From an uncultured Prevotella sp. (GTDB lineage Bacteria > Bacteroidota > Bacteroidia > Bacteroidales > Bacteroidaceae), in assembly GCA_964554115.1 (NCBI GenBank), contig CAZKMT010000002.1, positions 26,629 to 90,628 of the forward strand: a DNA stretch of 64,000 nt, read 5' to 3'. A model generated the notes under the pieces. The model had not been told where the DNA came from, did not search any database, and was given only the letters and a program-made list of their open reading frames with translations. Position numbers and translations under genes: made by a program. This document shows positions 28,601 through 38,818 of the stretch, one piece after another. Position 1 is the first letter of the stretch; every line of letters starts with the position of its first letter.

Positions 28601-31600
28601 ATGCAAACAAGACTTTTGATGACAACGATATGCGCCATATCACTGAGCGTGATGGCAGCCTTTGCGCAGGGCAACACACTGTCTGTGCCCGACGTGTCGG
28701 TGGCGCAAGGCCGCACAATCGACTTGCCAATAAACATGGACAACACTTCCGACGTGGTGGCCGTGCAGTTCACGCTATTCGTTCCGGAGGGAATAACTAT
28801 CGACCCTTCGTCTGCCGCAGTGTCAGAACGTGCCGAAAGCCACACCGTGACAATGAAAAAGGTGGATGCCAACGAATACATGGCAATGGTGTTCTCGGCA
28901 GACAACAGCGTCATTACGGGACGCACGGGAAAGCTGATAACCGCCAAACTCACGGCTGCTACAGACATGTATGAAGGCACTGAGCTGCAGTTTGTGCTCA
29001 AGGACGTGATACTCAGCGCACGCGACGGGTCAAACATCGTCTCCGGATACAGTGCCGGCAAGATAACAATCACAAAAACAGCCGACCTCGAAGTATCGGA
29101 CGTGAAAGTCAATGCCACTTCCGTCACTCCCGGCGGCACACTGCCGGTGTCATGGCAGGTAAGCAATGTAGGGCAGGTGGCCACAGATGCCGGATGGAGC
29201 GAGCGGGTGTTCCTTGACGCTCCCAACGGGACATCTAAACTGATTGGCACAATATACTATACCGATATCTTGTCGGCAGGCGGCACCGTTAGCCGCTCTG
29301 CGGAGCTGACCGTGCCACAACAGTTGGGCATCAACGGCGAGGCGACCGTGAGGGTCAAGCTCTCTCCGGCCAGTGACACAGGCGAGCCCTCATGGATGCT
29401 GGCCAACAACGAAGCTTCGGCACCGACATCAATATCCGTGCGCAAGGAACTTGTGCTATCGCCGGAAACCATTCGTGTGGACGAAGAGGCGCAAACGGTG
29501 CGTTTCAAGCTCTCCAGGACGGGGAGCACCGCCTCAAAAGAAACATTCACCGTACAACCATCGACAGACAACAGGGTGACGCTGCCATCATCGGTAACCA
29601 TACCATCGGGACAGTCGAGCGCTTATTTCACAGCCTCCATCACACCGAACGCCGTCATCGACGCCGACTCTGTTGTGGCCGTGGCCATCTCGGGAGACGA
29701 CTATCCGACCGTGGAAGGACGCATAGTGATTGACGATGACACGAAGCCTGCGCTCTCCTTGTCGTCAGAAGCGCAAGATGTCACCGAGGGCGGAAGCCTG
29801 ACGCTCACCATATCCACACAAAAAGCAGTAAGTGAAAACACCGAGATACTGCTGTCGTGCGACTATCCGACACGCTTCAGCCTGCCCTCATCGGTAGTAA
29901 TCCAGGAGGGCAGTGCAAGCGTGGAAGCCACGGTAAACGCCATCGACGATGACAATCCCGATGTGGAACAAGTGGTTACTTTCACCGTCTCTGCCGCAGG
30001 CTACGAGTCAGCATCCATGCTTACTACGCTCGTTGACAATGACATTCCCACGCTACAGATAGAGCTGGAGCCTTCCGCCATATCGGAATCGGCCGGCCCG
30101 ATAGCCGTTACGGCAAGGATATGGCGCACGGACAACACCGACCGCAAGGTGACAATAAACCTATACGATGACTCCGATGGTTGCATATATTACCTGTCGC
30201 AGTCTGTCGAGATGGCCGCCGGACAGACTGAGGTCACTGTGAACCTGGGGCCCATCGACAATAACGACGTTGACGGCGAACGCACATACAACGTCTCAGC
30301 CGCCGTCTACATAGCGTCGTGCAGTTGCAACGCCGGCGGCGGCACGGCAGGGGGAGCGGTCAGTGCGCCGCTTACCGTATATGACGATGATGGCCCCGCC
30401 CTCGCCTTGGCAGCATCATCGTCAGCCATTGGCGAGGGTGGCGAACTGACAGTGACCGTAAGCCGCAATACTGACACGTCATCGCCTCTTGACGTTGCTT
30501 TCGTAAGTGACCACGATGACGGCATCGACTATCCCCGGTCAATTACCATACCCGCAGGCCAATCATCGGCATCCGTGGCAGTAAGCGCAGTCAACAACGC
30601 GGTAACGGGCGATGGGTTCGTGGCCACGTTAACCGCATCGGCCGAGGGGCACTCCAAAGCTACCGTGATGTTCTCTGTAAGCGACAAGACGCTTCCTGAC
30701 GCACAGATTACATCTTTTGACGTTGCGGAAAACGAAGTTGAGGCCGGCGGCACTGTCACTGTAACGCTGACATTGGCAAACACAGGCTCTTACGAACTTC
30801 CGGAGATGACAAAGACAGGCATATATGTAAACTCTGAAACAACGCCTACAGCCGTCATCTACCTCCAGTCGCCACTCGCGGCCGGACAGTCCGTACAGCT
30901 CAACCGTGAGATAACGCTGCCCTCGTCCGTCGGAACGCACCGTATCTACGCCGTCGCAAACGATGGGCATGGCGTAAACGAACTCCTTTATACCAACAAC
31001 AATTCTACCGTGGCGCAAGTGCAGGCATTGTCGCCGTTTGCAGCAACGGCCTCCACCGACAAGGCTGTCTACGAAAAAGGTGAGGAAGTGCATATATCAG
31101 GCAGTATAAGCGGCGGAGATGTGGCTGACAAGAGTGTCGAAGTTTACGTCATAAATGATGGCTACCGCCACACAATCAACACAACAACCGATGCAAACGG
31201 TGCCTTTGCCGTTGCCTACACACCATTTGCCGCACAAGTCGGACACTTCGATGTGGGTGCATGTTATCCCGGCGAAGGCACGACTGATGCCCTATGCTCG
31301 TTCGACATCTACGGCATGGAGCTCGCCAACACGGGTTACGTCACTGTGGAAACCGTGCCGGGCGAGCCTTATTCCGGCACCATTAAAGTCACCAACCGTG
31401 GTAGATTGCCATTGACTGGCATCAGAGCCACTGTGACGGGACAGCCCGACAATTGCGACGTGCAACTGACATGCCCCGAGACAATCGGCGGTGGGCAGGA
31501 CTTTGCAATCGACTATGTGATTACCGGAAGCGAGCCAAGCGCGGGCACCGATTGGGAATTGATAACCCTCAACATAGAGTCGGCCGAAGCCCCGGCCATA

Positions 31601-34600
31601 GAAGCCACTGTCTATTATTATTGCCGCAGCCAAAGTGGAAAACTGCTTGCCGACGTGCAGAGCATAAACACCACCATGACAAAGGGGCAGACGCGCAACT
31701 ACCCAATCACCATCACCAACATAGGCAAGGGTGAAACGGGAACCATCACCGTGACGCTGCCCGATGGCGGATGGATGAAGACGGCAACGCCTGTGGAGAT
31801 GCCATCGCTCGCAACCGGCGAGACGGCAACGGTGACACTCCTTTTGACTCCCACAGAGAGCCAGTCGCTCAACGTGCCAGTCACGGGCAGGCTCGGCATC
31901 AACTGCGCCAACGGGGATGGCATTCCCATCCAATTCTGCATCACACCGGTGTCTGAGGCCACAGGCACATTGGTTGTCGATGCATGCGATGAGTGGACAT
32001 ACAACACCACCAACGGCCCGCACGTGGCCGGTGCGGAAGTCACCGTAAAGGATGTCAGCACCGGAGCCGTGGTGACGAGCGGCGCCACGGACGCCGATGG
32101 CCTATTCACCGTAGAGCTGCCCGAAGGCTATTACGCCCTCAGCGTGACGGCCGACAAGCACGACTCTTACTCCAACAACATCCTCGTAGACCCCGGCACA
32201 ACTACGCGAGAGGTGGCACTCCTCAGCTATCAGGCCATACAGATAGGCTATGAGCTGGTAGAGACAGAGATATCCGATGAATACATCATTGAAAACATCG
32301 TGACATTCGAAACCAATGTGCCAAAGCCCGTGGTGGTGATTGACGGCCCAAGCAGCATCGACGGCGAAGCGATGGCCGATGGCGAGCAGGCCGTGCTCTA
32401 CTTCACGTTGACAAACCACGGCCTCGTCCGCTCCGACAATGTTCGCTTCTATTTGCCCGAGCCAACCGACGAGTGGCTCTTCGAAGCCCTCGACTACACG
32501 GAGTCGTTCTCTCTCGGCCCCAACCAGAGCGTAACCATTCCCGTGCTCCTCACTCACTATCCCGCATCCTCGCATTCATCTTTAAAGGCTTCAGGGCAGG
32601 CCACGTTACAGGTTAACGTAATGGAGGCGTGCATGGCTCACATAGAAGCGTTGTACGAAGTGATTTGCGGCACGCGCCTATATGACAATGAGGCTGCCCA
32701 CCGCATGTCAATGAAAGCCTGTGCCACATCGGCCATAATGAATGCCATCGGGCAGGGACTCTCCGGAGTCATAAGCGGCGGTTCGGGCGGCGGTGGTGGA
32801 GGCAATGGCGGGCCGACAAGCCCGACATCTCCGACAAACAACAAAGTTGATCCCGAAGATGTTCAACATCCGATAGAATCCACCAACGAAACCACATTCT
32901 GCGATTCATGTTACACCCAGTTAATGGAGAACCACCTGAACCAAATCATTGACCATGTGCCTATACTGGGAGCCTTAAACAGTCTGTTAGACGCCATGTA
33001 CGAGCACACCAGGTATGGCACATCGTGGGGTGAGCTTCTGGCCAGATACATTATTGAAAACTATGAGGACTTCTTCCCCGATGAAGAGCCGGAAGACCTT
33101 CTCGGACTGCTCAATAGCCATCTCAACGACCTCATCGGTGACTTGAGAACCTTAGCAGAAAACATGGAGAATTACGAGGAATGCCTGCGGTCGCGAAACG
33201 GGGAGCAGGCCGATGTGCAGCGTTACGCCGGCGAAACGGGCAACAGTTGGATAAACGCGCTTGCCGATGCAGCCGCGTCGTTCAGCGAAGAGGCGGAAAC
33301 GCTACAGGTCATGATGCAAGAACTGTGCGGCGACTCCGTATGGTTAACAAGCTCTGATGCCTCCATGCATAATTTCTGGCAGGCCGTAAGCGAGGCGGAT
33401 GCCGACGCTCCGCTCAATGCTGACACGCTCATGTCCGTCAAGCCAGAATCTGTCACGGAGGCACAGTTGCGCGCACTCGTAGAGCGGCTCAACGGTACTT
33501 CGCCCGACAACGTGCCCGACGACGAGCTGTTGCAGACCTGCGCCGACAGGATAACGGAGATAGAGACAGCGGCCATCGAAGCTGGTTATGAGTCGATGGA
33601 GGACAAGTTCTACAGTGCTTACGACAACTTCAACGCAAGGGGCGAAGAGGAGTCAAGCTCCGTGTGCTCGTCAATCACGCTGCGTTTCGAGCAGCGCATG
33701 GTCATGACGCGCCAGGCTTTCCGCGGCACGCTCACGGTCTACAACGGAAACACAGACACCCCCATGACCGATGTGGTGCTGTCATTGCGCGTAAGTGACA
33801 CCGATGGTGCCATAGCCACGTCGCACGAGTTCCAGATAAGCCTTGAGACGCTCAACGGGTTCTCCGGCGATGCCGCGCTCGGAAGCGCATGGCAATTGGA
33901 TGCCGAAGCCAGCGGTTGCGCCACAATCCTCTACATCCCCACCAAGTATGCCGCGCCCACTGAGGCCAAGGAATACGTGTTCAGTGGCACGCTCTCTTAT
34001 GTTGACCCATACAGCGGACAGGCCGTTACGCGCGACATCTATCCCATAACGCTCACCGTCAAGCCGTCGCCCAACCTCAACTTGACGTATTTCATGCAGC
34101 GCGACGTGATGGGCGACGACCCGCTCACCGAAGAGATAGAGCCGAGCGAGGATGCCGAGTTTGCCTTGCTCATAAACAATGTGGGCTATGGCGATGCCAA
34201 CAACGTGCAGATAGTGACCAACCAGCCTGAGATAATAGACAATGAGAAAGGCCTGCTCATCGACTTCGAGCTTGTGAGCAGCCAGCTCAACGGAGGCGAC
34301 AAGGTGTTGGCGTTGGGCGGCAGCGTGGCCACCGACTTCGGCGACATAGCTGCCGGAAGCCAGGTCTACGCCCAATGGTGGCTACGAAGCTCGTTGCTGG
34401 GGCACTTCACCGACTATGATGTCAGCGTCACCCACGTCACGAGCTACGGCAACCCCGACCTGTCTCTGCTCAATGAGGTTACCGTCCACGAACTCATACG
34501 CAGCCTTGAGGCTGGCGATGGCGACCTCGTGGGCTTCATGACCAACGACATAGAAGACATCAACGACTATCCCGACATGCTCTACCTCTCCGATGGCAGC

Positions 34601-36715
34601 GTAGAGACTGTGGCCGCAGTCGGCTCATCGTCCATCGCCAAGGTGTCCGACACGGAATATACGCTCACTGTCAGTCCGTCGTCCCTTGGGTGGAACTACG
34701 GCAACATCACCGACCCCACCTATGGACTGTCCGAACTCGTGGCGGTGACGCGCAACAGCGATGGCAAGACCGTAAGCCTGCGCAATTTCTGGCAGACCGA
34801 CCGCACACTGCGCGACGGCAAGGATCCGCTTTACGAAAACCGCCTCCACTTTGCCGACGACTTCGGGAGCCTCACACCCCAGACCTACACGCTTACGTTT
34901 GAGCCTGCGCCGACCCTCGTGCTCGCCGTGGCCTCGATAGACGGCGTACCCTCCGGCGTGGCGTTCGAGCCTGTGGCCTATGTAGACGTGATGTTCAACA
35001 AAACCATCGCCCCCGCCACATTCACCACTGACGACATAACCATATCCGTCGAGGGCGTGCGGCAGGACGTTTCAACGGTAGACATCTCAACCGATGACAA
35101 CAAGACGTTCAGGCTCGACCTATCGCGCTTCAACGACACTGTCGGCAATGGCTACTATACCCTCACGGTGCAGACGGCAAACATAACCGACGCCGAAGGC
35201 TTCAATGGCAGCAGTGGCAAGTCGGTGGGCTGGTCGCTCTTCCTCGGTGGATTTGTAAGGCTCTCAACGGATGTAACGCCGGCCGAGGCCGGCACAATTA
35301 TGACAGCCGCCGGGGCTTCCGCCACTGCCCTGTCAGAGCCGGCACAGGCGGAGAGCGAGGCCGAGTATGGCTCCACCGTCACGCTCATGGCAGTGCCCGC
35401 AGAGGGCTACGCTTTCTCTTACTGGACCGTCAATGACGTGGAAGTTGACTCCGGAGCAACAATCACCAATGTCGTCATCGGCGACATGGACGTGGTGGCA
35501 AACTTCGTGCCCACACAGCATACCGTGACGATTACATCATCCGATGGCGGAGGCACCGTGACCGGCGACTATGGCGGCATTTATCAATATGGCGAACAGC
35601 TATCGTTCACGGCCATGCCGGATGCCGACCATGCCTTTGTCTGCTGGACCGTCAACGGCGACACCGTGGACAATGCCACCGACACGCTTGCCGTGACCGT
35701 AAACGCCGACATGTACATAGACGCCTCGTTTGTGCGCCGGGTGTACAGCCAGCGGCTGTCGCTTTTCCAAGGCTGGAACTGGATATCATCCTATTTATCC
35801 GAGCCTCTGGCCACCGACGCTTTCACGTATGCCTCGCGCATATTAGGACGCGCAGACAATGGAGCGACAGATGCCGGCGGCATCGACCTCGACACAGACT
35901 CGCTGACTCCCGGCTGCGGCTATAAGGTTGAGGCCACACTGCCTTTCGTACTGTCGTTCAGTGGCACCATGTATGATGCAACTGCCGCGCCCATCGTTGT
36001 GGCGGCGGGCTGGAACTGGTTGCCGTGCCCATATTCCGAGGCCGCCACGCTGTCGTCGGCCATCGTCAATGCCGACGATGGCGATGTCATCGCATCGCAG
36101 GCCGGCTTCGCCGAGTATGACGGGGGCACGTGGACGGGCACGATCTCAACTCTTGAGCCGGGCAGTGCCTATCTCTACAAGTCTGCAACAGACAAGACCC
36201 TTGAGTTCAGCAGTGCCCCAACGGCACCCCTGCCGGGCGGCGGCACGTCGGCACCCCAGGCTTACATGCGCCAGTATCCCGCAACAATGAACATTACGGC
36301 GTGTCTCTACCGCAACGATGCGCCGCTTGAGGGCGATGGTTTCAGCATAACCGCCATGGTTGACGGCGAGCAGCGCGGAGTGAGCCAAGCCATCGACGGC
36401 AAGCATTACATCACGGTCTATGGCGACGCGCCGGCCACAGTGTCGTTCGTGATAGAGGATGTGGCCACCGGCGAGACGTTCACCTCCGCCACTATGCCCG
36501 CTTTCTGCGACGACGTACTGGGCTGCATCGCATCTCCCTATGCCATAAGCATTGGCGAAGCAACATCAATCGCCGATGCCATCGGCAGCGGGCGCAAGGT
36601 AAGGGTGTACACCATCCAAGGCTTGCTCGTCACATCTGAGGCCACTCGCGAGACTCTCGAGCGGCTGCCGCGTGGTGTCTATATCATCGACAACCGCAAA
36701 TACGTGGTGAAATAG
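28601..36715 (+). CDS. 2704-aa T9SS surface protein: cohesin-like N-terminus, CARDB and Ig-like domains, carboxypeptidase-regulatory-like domain, helical insert, InlB-B-like repeats, CTD
   Basis: Signal peptide AAFA|Q; LPINMDNTSDVVAVQFTL; ADLEVSDV...VSWQVSNVG; YAVANDG...ELLYTNN; CTD VYTIQG...LPRGVYIIDNRKYVVK. Confidence 0.82.
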   Translation: MQTRLLMTTICAISLSVMAAFAQGNTLSVPDVSVAQGRTIDLPINMDNTSDVVAVQFTLFVPEGITIDPSSAAVSERAESHTVTMKKVDANEYMAMVFSADNSVITGRTGKLITAKLTAATDMYEGTELQFVLKDVILSARDGSNIVSGYSAGKITITKTADLEVSDVKVNATSVTPGGTLPVSWQVSNVGQVATDAGWSERVFLDAPNGTSKLIGTIYYTDILSAGGTVSRSAELTVPQQLGINGEATVRVKLSPASDTGEPSWMLANNEASAPTSISVRKELVLSPETIRVDEEAQTVRFKLSRTGSTASKETFTVQPSTDNRVTLPSSVTIPSGQSSAYFTASITPNAVIDADSVVAVAISGDDYPTVEGRIVIDDDTKPALSLSSEAQDVTEGGSLTLTISTQKAVSENTEILLSCDYPTRFSLPSSVVIQEGSASVEATVNAIDDDNPDVEQVVTFTVSAAGYESASMLTTLVDNDIPTLQIELEPSAISESAGPIAVTARIWRTDNTDRKVTINLYDDSDGCIYYLSQSVEMAAGQTEVTVNLGPIDNNDVDGERTYNVSAAVYIASCSCNAGGGTAGGAVSAPLTVYDDDGPALALAASSSAIGEGGELTVTVSRNTDTSSPLDVAFVSDHDDGIDYPRSITIPAGQSSASVAVSAVNNAVTGDGFVATLTASAEGHSKATVMFSVSDKTLPDAQITSFDVAENEVEAGGTVTVTLTLANTGSYELPEMTKTGIYVNSETTPTAVIYLQSPLAAGQSVQLNREITLPSSVGTHRIYAVANDGHGVNELLYTNNNSTVAQVQALSPFAATASTDKAVYEKGEEVHISGSISGGDVADKSVEVYVINDGYRHTINTTTDANGAFAVAYTPFAAQVGHFDVGACYPGEGTTDALCSFDIYGMELANTGYVTVETVPGEPYSGTIKVTNRGRLPLTGIRATVTGQPDNCDVQLTCPETIGGGQDFAIDYVITGSEPSAGTDWELITLNIESAEAPAIEATVYYYCRSQSGKLLADVQSINTTMTKGQTRNYPITITNIGKGETGTITVTLPDGGWMKTATPVEMPSLATGETATVTLLLTPTESQSLNVPVTGRLGINCANGDGIPIQFCITPVSEATGTLVVDACDEWTYNTTNGPHVAGAEVTVKDVSTGAVVTSGATDADGLFTVELPEGYYALSVTADKHDSYSNNILVDPGTTTREVALLSYQAIQIGYELVETEISDEYIIENIVTFETNVPKPVVVIDGPSSIDGEAMADGEQAVLYFTLTNHGLVRSDNVRFYLPEPTDEWLFEALDYTESFSLGPNQSVTIPVLLTHYPASSHSSLKASGQATLQVNVMEACMAHIEALYEVICGTRLYDNEAAHRMSMKACATSAIMNAIGQGLSGVISGGSGGGGGGNGGPTSPTSPTNNKVDPEDVQHPIESTNETTFCDSCYTQLMENHLNQIIDHVPILGALNSLLDAMYEHTRYGTSWGELLARYIIENYEDFFPDEEPEDLLGLLNSHLNDLIGDLRTLAENMENYEECLRSRNGEQADVQRYAGETGNSWINALADAAASFSEEAETLQVMMQELCGDSVWLTSSDASMHNFWQAVSEADADAPLNADTLMSVKPESVTEAQLRALVERLNGTSPDNVPDDELLQTCADRITEIETAAIEAGYESMEDKFYSAYDNFNARGEEESSSVCSSITLRFEQRMVMTRQAFRGTLTVYNGNTDTPMTDVVLSLRVSDTDGAIATSHEFQISLETLNGFSGDAALGSAWQLDAEASGCATILYIPTKYAAPTEAKEYVFSGTLSYVDPYSGQAVTRDIYPITLTVKPSPNLNLTYFMQRDVMGDDPLTEEIEPSEDAEFALLINNVGYGDANNVQIVTNQPEIIDNEKGLLIDFELVSSQLNGGDKVLALGGSVATDFGDIAAGSQVYAQWWLRSSLLGHFTDYDVSVTHVTSYGNPDLSLLNEVTVHELIRSLEAGDGDLVGFMTNDIEDINDYPDMLYLSDGSVETVAAVGSSSIAKVSDTEYTLTVSPSSLGWNYGNITDPTYGLSELVAVTRNSDGKTVSLRNFWQTDRTLRDGKDPLYENRLHFADDFGSLTPQTYTLTFEPAPTLVLAVASIDGVPSGVAFEPVAYVDVMFNKTIAPATFTTDDITISVEGVRQDVSTVDISTDDNKTFRLDLSRFNDTVGNGYYTLTVQTANITDAEGFNGSSGKSVGWSLFLGGFVRLSTDVTPAEAGTIMTAAGASATALSEPAQAESEAEYGSTVTLMAVPAEGYAFSYWTVNDVEVDSGATITNVVIGDMDVVANFVPTQHTVTITSSDGGGTVTGDYGGIYQYGEQLSFTAMPDADHAFVCWTVNGDTVDNATDTLAVTVNADMYIDASFVRRVYSQRLSLFQGWNWISSYLSEPLATDAFTYASRILGRADNGATDAGGIDLDTDSLTPGCGYKVEATLPFVLSFSGTMYDATAAPIVVAAGWNWLPCPYSEAATLSSAIVNADDGDVIASQAGFAEYDGGTWTGTISTLEPGSAYLYKSATDKTLEFSSAPTAPLPGGGTSAPQAYMRQYPATMNITACLYRNDAPLEGDGFSITAMVDGEQRGVSQAIDGKHYITVYGDAPATVSFVIEDVATGETFTSATMPAFCDDVLGCIASPYAISIGEATSIADAIGSGRKVRVYTIQGLLVTSEATRETLERLPRGVYIIDNRKYVVK

Positions 36716-36734
36716 TCTGCGCCACCGCGCATTG

Positions 36735-36778
36735 AGGCCGACCCAAAATATCTTTTGTGGTCGGCCTTTTTAGTTTTT
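36735..36778 (+). terminator. Intrinsic terminator closing the three-gene surface-protein operon
   Basis: AGGCCGACC-CAAAA-TATC-TTTTG-T-GGTCGGCCT then TTTTAGTTTTT. Confidence 0.88.
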
Positions 36779-37026
36779 GCGTCGGCAAATGACAGCCCAC
36801 TCCGCAACATCTACGTCTTCCGAGCATGTCGCGACCCAATCGCCACGAACGAAAGCGACCGGGCTCATTGCCCGACATGCAAAGGACACCTCTTTTGCAA
36901 AAGTATTATAATTTGTTGGATTTATAGGCGACTGCCTTGAACCGTTATGCGCGAATTCCGCTAACTTTGCACGCTGAATGACCTCCGAAGTCTCTGTGGA
37001 GGCCATGCGAAAAGACTTAATACATA

Positions 37027-38319
37027 ATGACAATGGAAAGGAAACTGAAGCCGGCTTCGCTTTGCATACATGCGGGATGGAGCCCCAAAAACGGTGAGCC
37101 TGTGCAGCCGCCGATTGTCCAGAGCACCACATTCAAGTATGACGACAGCGAAGAGATGTCCATGCTCTTCGACCTTAAGAAAAGTGGATACTTCTATTCA
37201 CGCCTGCAAAACCCCACCAGCGATGCCGTGGCAGCCAAGATTGCTGCCCTTGAGGGTGGAGTGGGAGCCGTGCTCACATCGTCGGGACAGGCCGCCAACT
37301 TCTACGCGGTGGCCAACATCTGCGAAGCGGGCGACCACATAGTGGCTTTCAACGACATCTATGGCGGCACGTACAACCTCTTCGGCGTGACGCTCAAGAA
37401 GTTCGGCATTGACTGCACGTTTGTAAACCCCGAGGCCGACGATGACGAGTTGCAAAAAGCCTTCCGCCCGAACACCAAGGCCCTGTTCGGAGAGACCATA
37501 TCAAACCCGGGGTGCAGGGTGCTCGACATAGAGAGGTTTGCGCGGCTGGCTCATGCCAACGGCGTGCCATTGGTGATTGACAACACTTTCGCCACGCCCA
37601 TCAACTGCCGCCCGTTTGAGTGGGGCGCCGACATAGTGACGCACTCCACGACCAAGTACATGGACGGGCACGCGCTACAAGTGGGCGGGTGCGTGGTTGA
37701 CAGCGGGCACTTCGACTGGATGGCCCATGCAGACCGCTATCCGGGCCTGTGCAGCCCCGACATGTCGTATCATGGACTGGTGTTTGCCGAATCGTTCGGC
37801 CAAATGGCCTACGTCACCAAGCTCGTGGCGCAGCTCATGCGCGACCTCGGCTCCAGCCCCGCGCCCATGAACGCTTTCCTGCTCAACATCGGTTTGCAGA
37901 CGCTCCACCTGCGCATGCGCCAACACTGCGCGAACGCGCAGCGCGTTGCCGAGTTCCTGCATGGCGATTCGCGTGTGGCATGGGTCAACTATCCCGGTCT
38001 GGCCGACAGCGAATATCATGCGCTGGCCGAGAAATACCTGCCCAACGGAAGCTGCGGCGTGCTCGCCTTCGGCCTTAGCAAGAGCGACCGCGACACCGCC
38101 GTGAAGTTTATGGACTCACTAAGGATGGTGAGCATCGTGACCCACGTAGCCATGAGCCGCACTTGCGTGCTCCAACCCGCCAGCCACACCCATCGCCAGC
38201 TCTCTGACGAACAGCTGCGTGAGGCCGGCATAGCCCCTGACTTAATCCGCCTTTCCGTGGGCATCGAGGATGCGGACGACATCATAAACGACATACGCCA
38301 AGCCCTCGACAAGATTTGA
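37027..38319 (+). CDS. metY: O-acetylhomoserine aminocarboxypropyltransferase / sulfhydrylase
   Basis: YFYSRLQNPT, LEGGVGA, SSGQAA, ETISNP, HSTTKY (PLP lysine), PASHTHRQL; -7 element TAACTTTG at 36962-36969. Confidence 0.9.
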   Translation: MTMERKLKPASLCIHAGWSPKNGEPVQPPIVQSTTFKYDDSEEMSMLFDLKKSGYFYSRLQNPTSDAVAAKIAALEGGVGAVLTSSGQAANFYAVANICEAGDHIVAFNDIYGGTYNLFGVTLKKFGIDCTFVNPEADDDELQKAFRPNTKALFGETISNPGCRVLDIERFARLAHANGVPLVIDNTFATPINCRPFEWGADIVTHSTTKYMDGHALQVGGCVVDSGHFDWMAHADRYPGLCSPDMSYHGLVFAESFGQMAYVTKLVAQLMRDLGSSPAPMNAFLLNIGLQTLHLRMRQHCANAQRVAEFLHGDSRVAWVNYPGLADSEYHALAEKYLPNGSCGVLAFGLSKSDRDTAVKFMDSLRMVSIVTHVAMSRTCVLQPASHTHRQLSDEQLREAGIAPDLIRLSVGIEDADDIINDIRQALDKI

Positions 38320-38392
38320 CGCCGGGCAGGAAAGAAAGCCGCACTGCGGAATTGCCGCTCCGTAGCACTGCATCGGCAGGGCTGCCGCAACA

Positions 38393-38615
38393 GTAAACAA
38401 TCTTTACAATATGCCGCAGGCAAATGCGGTTTGCGCCGCTTTGTGTTCCAAGACGGGCCGTTTCGCTTCATGAAACGGCCCGTCTTGCGTTGCGAAACGG
38501 GTCGTTTTGGAACGCAAAACGGCATGTATTGCATACTCACTGACAGTCAGACGGTTACAGCTTTGCACAGAATGGAGGGCATGTATCAGTTACGCTGCGA
38601 AATATCTTTACAAAA
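38393..38615. repeat. Dispersed ~223-bp intergenic element, copy C (22-bp array at about 38428-38537)
   Basis: Units AAGACGGGCCGTTTCGCTTCAT / GAAACGGCCCGTCTTGCGTTGC / GAAACGGGTCGTTTTGGAACGC / AAAACGGCAT...; 15-bp perfect inverted repeat 38450-38464/38472-38486. Confidence 0.85.
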
Positions 38616-38700
38616 AAGCATCAGAATGCGGTGACATGGCGGGGCATCGCAAGGCTACTTCCGGATTTGCCGCAGCCACAGTGGCTGCGGCATGAGGGCA

Positions 38701-38762
38701 CAAAAAGGCCTCCGCCCCGTTACCATGAGAGGCAAAAGGAGCGGAGGCCTAACTATCTTTTC
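38701..38762. terminator. Probable bidirectional terminator between metY and the M23 gene
   Basis: AGGCCTCCGC(38706-38715)...GCGGAGGCCT(38741-38750) with 5' A-run and 3' T-run. Confidence 0.7.
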
Positions 38763-38818
38763 GCGTGATGCCACAATGCCTTAAACGGACTTATGCCATA
38801 ACAGTCATGCCATGAAAT

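Noticed and set aside
36780-37026. SAM riboswitch upstream of metY
   Set aside because: The -7 element leaves about a 55-nt leader with one simple hairpin; no SAM-I or SAM-II consensus was recognised.
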